Shown piece by piece: positions 46,086-49,837 of a stretch of 49,837 nt of DNA. Position numbers and translations under genes: made by a program. The DNA comes from an uncultured Devosia sp. Lineage in GTDB: Bacteria > Pseudomonadota > Alphaproteobacteria > Rhizobiales > Devosiaceae. The stretch is taken from assembly GCA_963975335.1 (NCBI GenBank), contig CAXBHD010000001.1:1-49837 (forward strand), in the 5' to 3' direction. Within the stretch, counting starts at the first letter, position 1; each line of letters begins with the position of its first letter. The notes under the pieces are model-generated. The model had not been told where the DNA came from. It worked only from the letters and a program-made list of their open reading frames with translations, and searched no databases.

Positions 46086-47147
46086 ATGGCTGGCTTCACG
46101 CAAACCGGCCGGTCCCTGTCGCTGCGCCAGCTCACCGCCCATGCCCGCCGGGGGCCGCCATCCTGGGTGCCGGCCGGCGCGTTCTGGACCCTCAACTTTC
46201 AGCTCAACCGTTACTGGATCAAGCCGGGCTTCTATCTCGGCTTTGCGCCAGCCTTCCTCGCATGGGTGGATTCAATGGGACAATATGCCGACTTCAACGC
46301 CCTGGTCAGTGCCGGGCATGCCAGCTTTGCCAGGGCCAGCATCGGCCTGGCCCTCAACGCCGCCGGCGCTTACGTCGCCTTTGCCAGCGGGGAGCCCCGC
46401 ATCACCGACCGAGGCCTGCTGCTTGAGCCGGCGCGCATCAATATCGTCGCCAATAACCGCGACGATGCGCATGCCTCGATCCTGCTGACCGATGTGACCA
46501 GGGCCGCCACCGCGCCGGCATACAGCCCCGCAGGCGACGCCTTCGGCAAGGCGATCACCCAGGGCGGCGCTACCAATGCCTCGCATGCCTTTTTCATCAC
46601 TTCCGGCCCTATTGCCGGGCAGCGGGACGCCATTTCGGTTGCGTTCAAATATACCGCTTCGGCCCGTTATCTGCGGGTATCGATCAGCGACAATGTCTCG
46701 AGCGTTCACGCCTGCTGGATCGACCTGCTGACCGGCGCGGTGAGCGACGTGACGGCGGGCGCTGCCGTCAGCGTCACCAATCTGGCCAATGGCTGGATGT
46801 TGCTGTCGCTGATCACCGGGCTCTGGCCGGCTACGCAGTCCTCCAACCAGGTATCGATCATCGTCTCCCAGGCCATGGGCTCGACCACCCGCGTCGCCGG
46901 CAGCTACCGCATGTGGGCCGGCCAGTATGAGCGGGCGGCGGACTTTTCCACCTCACCCATCATCACGAACGGTCTGCCGGCGGCGCGGGCCGCCGACGCG
47001 CTGACCTTCACCGTGCCGCCGCTCACCGGCAATGTCGAGGCCGTCTATGCCGATGACAGCACCGAGGCCTTCTCGCTGCCCGCCGGGCCCTGGGCGATTC
47101 CGGCCAGAACCAAGCCCTACAAGTCCATTTCGGGGATGCAGCCATGA
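46086..47147 (+). CDS. Head-spike / fibre-like protein
   Basis: RAS.G...G......GEPRITDRGLLLEPAR.N and TSPIIT...A.RAAD motifs. Confidence 0.7.
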   Translation: MAGFTQTGRSLSLRQLTAHARRGPPSWVPAGAFWTLNFQLNRYWIKPGFYLGFAPAFLAWVDSMGQYADFNALVSAGHASFARASIGLALNAAGAYVAFASGEPRITDRGLLLEPARINIVANNRDDAHASILLTDVTRAATAPAYSPAGDAFGKAITQGGATNASHAFFITSGPIAGQRDAISVAFKYTASARYLRVSISDNVSSVHACWIDLLTGAVSDVTAGAAVSVTNLANGWMLLSLITGLWPATQSSNQVSIIVSQAMGSTTRVAGSYRMWAGQYERAADFSTSPIITNGLPAARAADALTFTVPPLTGNVEAVYADDSTEAFSLPAGPWAIPARTKPYKSISGMQP

Positions 47148-47437
47148 AATACCGACTGGCCAAGTTTGACGACGCCGTCGCCGCCCATGTCGCGCTGGGC
47201 GGCCTGGTCGACGATCCCAGCCGCGCCTTGCAGGTCACCGCCTTCGCGCAATGCGAGATCCTGGGCCCGCCCGATCCCGAGACCGGCGCGGTGCCGATCC
47301 TAGCGCCGGCCGTGCTCACAGACGGATTCTGGGTGCTGTTTGCCGATCCGGATGGCGACGAGACGATTGTTCTGCCGCCCGGCTTGGCAGCGATCGCCCC
47401 GCTCTTTGCCGGGATGAACATGCCCGTCGCCACTTAA
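47144..47437 (+). CDS. Hypothetical protein (possible fibre chaperone)
   Basis: ATGA-coupled last gene of the tail operon. Confidence 0.6.
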   Translation: MKYRLAKFDDAVAAHVALGGLVDDPSRALQVTAFAQCEILGPPDPETGAVPILAPAVLTDGFWVLFADPDGDETIVLPPGLAAIAPLFAGMNMPVAT

Positions 47438-47558
47438 AGACAGCGGGCCTCTTATAGGCGCGCAATGCAACAAGCGGGTGCTGCTAGGACCCAGAAACAT
47501 GGAAAGTACGCCTGCCTTTGCAGATCTCGCGCACACTTGGTATCTCTGTCGAGCTTCG

Positions 47559-47870
47559 TCAGCCTCGCTTGAGATAGGGCATTATCTGGAAAATATCCTC
47601 ATCGAGTATGACGCCGACAATGCGAGCCTCTTTCGCGTCCATGCTCCGAATAAGCGCTGTGTCGGTCGTTGGCGCAATGGCGTCTTTGACCGCTTGCGTA
47701 ACGGACCTGATAGCCTCGTCACTTTCAAAGGCGATAAAGGCTGCGGTGCTCTCCCAGTAGCGCGTTGAGATCGCGTGTATCGCATCATAGATGTCGCCCC
47801 AGCGGGCGTTATAGTCTCGCCCGCCAACCGTCGTGTCTTCAAGAGTAAACGATACGAAGTAAGTCGACAT
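47559..47870 (-). CDS. Small ferredoxin-fold-like protein (Cas2/VapD/'SinR family'-like)
   Basis: GGAGG RBS; MSTYFVSFTL...DY...IYDAI.....W pattern; fold is inferred. Confidence 0.55.
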   Translation of the reverse strand: MSTYFVSFTLEDTTVGGRDYNARWGDIYDAIHAISTRYWESTAAFIAFESDEAIRSVTQAVKDAIAPTTDTALIRSMDAKEARIVGVILDEDIFQIMPYLKRG

Positions 47871-47929
47871 GCTGCCCTCCCAAGCCTCAAAGCTGGAGCG
47901 TAGCCGTGTCCGACCCGCAAGTCATCAAC

Positions 47930-48294
47930 ACACTGCGCACATAGTCACCCTGAAGCAGGAGATAGAGGCGACACGTCGCGCTCTGTCCAACGTCAACGCG
48001 ACCATTGTGCTATTCGAGGCGCCAGACGCCACAAGCGCCCATCCAGTGCTGATGGATGTCAACTGGCTGTCCAAGCGCCGGGAGATTAACTTGCTGTGCG
48101 CTGACGCATTGAAGGCGGGGCCGATGGATACCCGCTAGCTGGCGCTCTATGTGACCCGCAAGAAGGGCTTTGGCGAGTCCGAACGGCATTTGAAGAAGGC
48201 CGTAGCATATCGGATTGGGCAGGCGTTGCAGCTGCAGGAAAAGCGGCGCGGGCCGATCCAGCGGGCGGAGAAGACGAGCAATGCGGTAGTGTAG
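47930..48294 (+). pseudogene. Decayed hypothetical gene with in-frame stops
   Basis: Frame continues protein-like through TAG 48136 (DTR*LALYVTRKKGF...AYRIGQAL) to TAG 48292; no good start. Confidence 0.55.
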
Positions 48295-48452
48295 CCGCTG
48301 GCGCACTTGAAGCTGACGTAATTATGAGCCACATACTCAGCATCAGAACAGGACCGGAACGATTTGCTACAAGTGCCGATTCCTATCGGCGCTTTGGTAG
48401 TGTATGATTCCGTAGAGGCATAAGGCTTTCTTTATGCGAGAAAGGACTGACG

Positions 48453-48962
48453 ATGGCTTATTATCCAGCCCCAGCCGTCGCCAACGCTTTCCTAGAGCGT
48501 CACGGCGGCATGGGTCGCTTTACGCAAATGCAGTTACAAAAGCTCACCTATTTTGCTCATGGGTGGAATCTGGCTGTAAATGGCGAACCTTTGGTGAATG
48601 AAGAATTTCAGGCATGGGACTATGGCCCGGTGGTCCCTGACTTATATGACCATACGCGTTTTTTTGGGCGCGAGCCGATACGGCGACCAATCACTGATAA
48701 GGACTCAAACAAGGTTGAGTTCTTTTTGAACCAGGGCCGGTCTGGAACGCCATATCGAGCAAATCTGAGCGCCGCCGAACTAGACGTGTTGAACAGGGTC
48801 GTTGCAAGGTACGGGGCCCTTGACGCATTCAAGATGTCTGAACTGACCCATCAGCCGGGAACGCCGTGGCACAGATTTTACGAACGCGGTGCAAATCGTA
48901 CGATTCCTAATGCGGTGATTGCAGATCACTATCGTGAGTTGGCTCGGATTGGCGGACACTGA
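48453..48962 (+). CDS. Panacea (DUF4065/SocA-like) antitoxin
   Basis: AVANAFL, TQMQLQKLTYFAHGW, EEFQAWDYGPVVPDLY, SELTHQPGTPW. Confidence 0.92.
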   Translation: MAYYPAPAVANAFLERHGGMGRFTQMQLQKLTYFAHGWNLAVNGEPLVNEEFQAWDYGPVVPDLYDHTRFFGREPIRRPITDKDSNKVEFFLNQGRSGTPYRANLSAAELDVLNRVVARYGALDAFKMSELTHQPGTPWHRFYERGANRTIPNAVIADHYRELARIGGH

Positions 48963-49365
48963 CAACCAGAACGTCTCTCCAGATGCCATCGGGGCAGCTC
49001 CAATCGAGCCGCCCCGAGCGCCCGACTATGATGAAGCAGCAAGTGCCTTCTACTCTCGACTAGTTGCTGATTTGCAGGTCGAAAATGCAGAGTTGCGCAC
49101 CCAATTAGACCAAACCTCCGGCAAGCTTGATGTTGCTGACGTCAAAGCAAGGATGATGGAGCCTTGGGCAGACAAGGTATTCAACTTCGTCTGCGTCTAT
49201 TGCGTGGCTCTTGGGGCCCTAGTCGTAATGAGCGGCTTCAAGGTGTGCGGATTCTCGCTTTCTGACACAGTTTTAGCTGTCTTAGCGGGCAGTACGGCTG
49301 CTTCTGTGATCGGGCTGATCGGCATTGTAGTGAGCGGTTTGTTCGGCGCAAAGACTGAGGGTTAG
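48949..49365 (+). CDS. Putative Panacea-associated toxin (coiled coil + 2 TM)
   Basis: Overlaps the antitoxin stop; two C-terminal hydrophobic helices; start TTG 48949 uncertain. Confidence 0.65.
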   Translation: MADTDNQNVSPDAIGAAPIEPPRAPDYDEAASAFYSRLVADLQVENAELRTQLDQTSGKLDVADVKARMMEPWADKVFNFVCVYCVALGALVVMSGFKVCGFSLSDTVLAVLAGSTAASVIGLIGIVVSGLFGAKTEG

Positions 49366-49372
49366 CGCTGCC

Positions 49373-49567
49373 GAACGCTGTCTTGTACTAAACGTCCAGA
49401 TCCCGGCTGAACTGGAGAGCCGAGAGGCCCTTCACAGCGTTGACGTAAATTCACATCGCTGCCAGCAGGTCCACGAAAGCCATCTTGCGGCTGGCGATGA
49501 TCGTGCCGCTGGTGACTCCAAACTGGTGACCGCAACCAGCGCACTTGAACTTGCGGCGGGTGATCTT
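49373..49567 (-). pseudogene. IS1595-family transposase remnant
   Basis: RRKFKCAGCGHQFGVTSGTIIASRKM...AAM*IYVNAVKGLSALQFSRDLDV*YKTAF with two in-frame stops. Confidence 0.8.
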
Positions 49568-49818
49568 CACCTGACCCAGGTTGATCAAGTCGAGGAGCGC
49601 CTCACGTGCTTTGAGCCCCAGCTGCCGCTCAGCCGCACAGCGTGGGTGACTGATCTCGGGCGCATCCATGTTCAGGATGCGAATCTTCTCGCCACCAGAC
49701 CACAGCGTGTCCCCGTCGACGACGCAATTAACGCGCTTCTGCGGCCGCAGACGTCGGTGACGAGAGATGGCAGCGATAGGGAAATCAACAGGTCGGTGAA
49801 GAGGGCGAGTCGGTGCAT
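49568..49818 (-). pseudogene. Thermonuclease (SNase) remnant, frameshifted and truncated
   Basis: MHRLALF...DVCG, frameshift near 49745, then KRVNCVVDGDTLW...IRILNMDAPE; lacks DRYGR and runs into the IS1595 fragment. Confidence 0.75.
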
Positions 49819-49837
49819 CTCACAACTATGGCGGCCC

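Larger units (their letters stand above)
1916..47437 (+). mobile_element. Mu-like transposable prophage (siphovirus-type, GTA-like tail tip); right end not located
   Basis: Mu gene order repressor-ner-A-B-early-gemA-mor-lysis-gp25/26/27-terL-portal-F-I-T-gp36-tail; TG at 1916 followed by end repeats. Confidence 0.95.

Noticed and set aside
45753-48450. Mu-type invertible tail-fibre segment, gin/mom, or a diversity-generating retroelement
   Set aside because: No recombinase, DNA-modification gene, reverse transcriptase, flanking inverted repeats or TR/VR pair seen
49365-49460. Possible prophage right end (CCGAAC/GAACTG similarity to left-end repeats)
   Set aside because: Matches are only 6 nt, there is no CA+CATCC junction, and the sequence is explained as IS1595 transposase remnant
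1-49837. tRNA, rRNA or tyrosine/serine integrase with att site
   Set aside because: None recognised by eye; integration is explained by the DDE transposase

Overview
Positions 1-1877 are host genes of a GC-rich alphaproteobacterium (inferred Hyphomicrobiales-like): the end of an ABC ATPase, its permease and a host-attachment-family protein. From a TG at 1916 to at least 47437 the window is a Mu-like transposable prophage. It has left-end repeats, a repressor/ner switch with three operators, MuA, MuB, early genes including GcrA, GemA and a Mor-like activator, lysis genes, terminase, portal, MuF, Mu-type head genes and a non-contractile tail with an RcGTA-like tip module. The portal gene appears frameshifted and I found no right end. 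About 10.6 kb of more AT-rich cargo (20150-30780) sits between MuF and the protease gene and looks like an anti-phage hotspot. The best candidate for a new system is an overlapping gene pair (20526-21744): a 58-aa membrane protein and a 352-aa protein share an ungapped QxQxV-x7-QxGRD motif at their C- and N-termini respectively, the layout of amyloid-signalling cell-death modules. The island also holds a STAS-GHKL kinase / STAS / membrane-protein operon, a NERD-like nuclease and a putative Abi gene. The right-hand 2.4 kb has a Panacea toxin-antitoxin pair and decayed IS1595 and nuclease remnants. All family assignments come from recalled motifs, not database searches.
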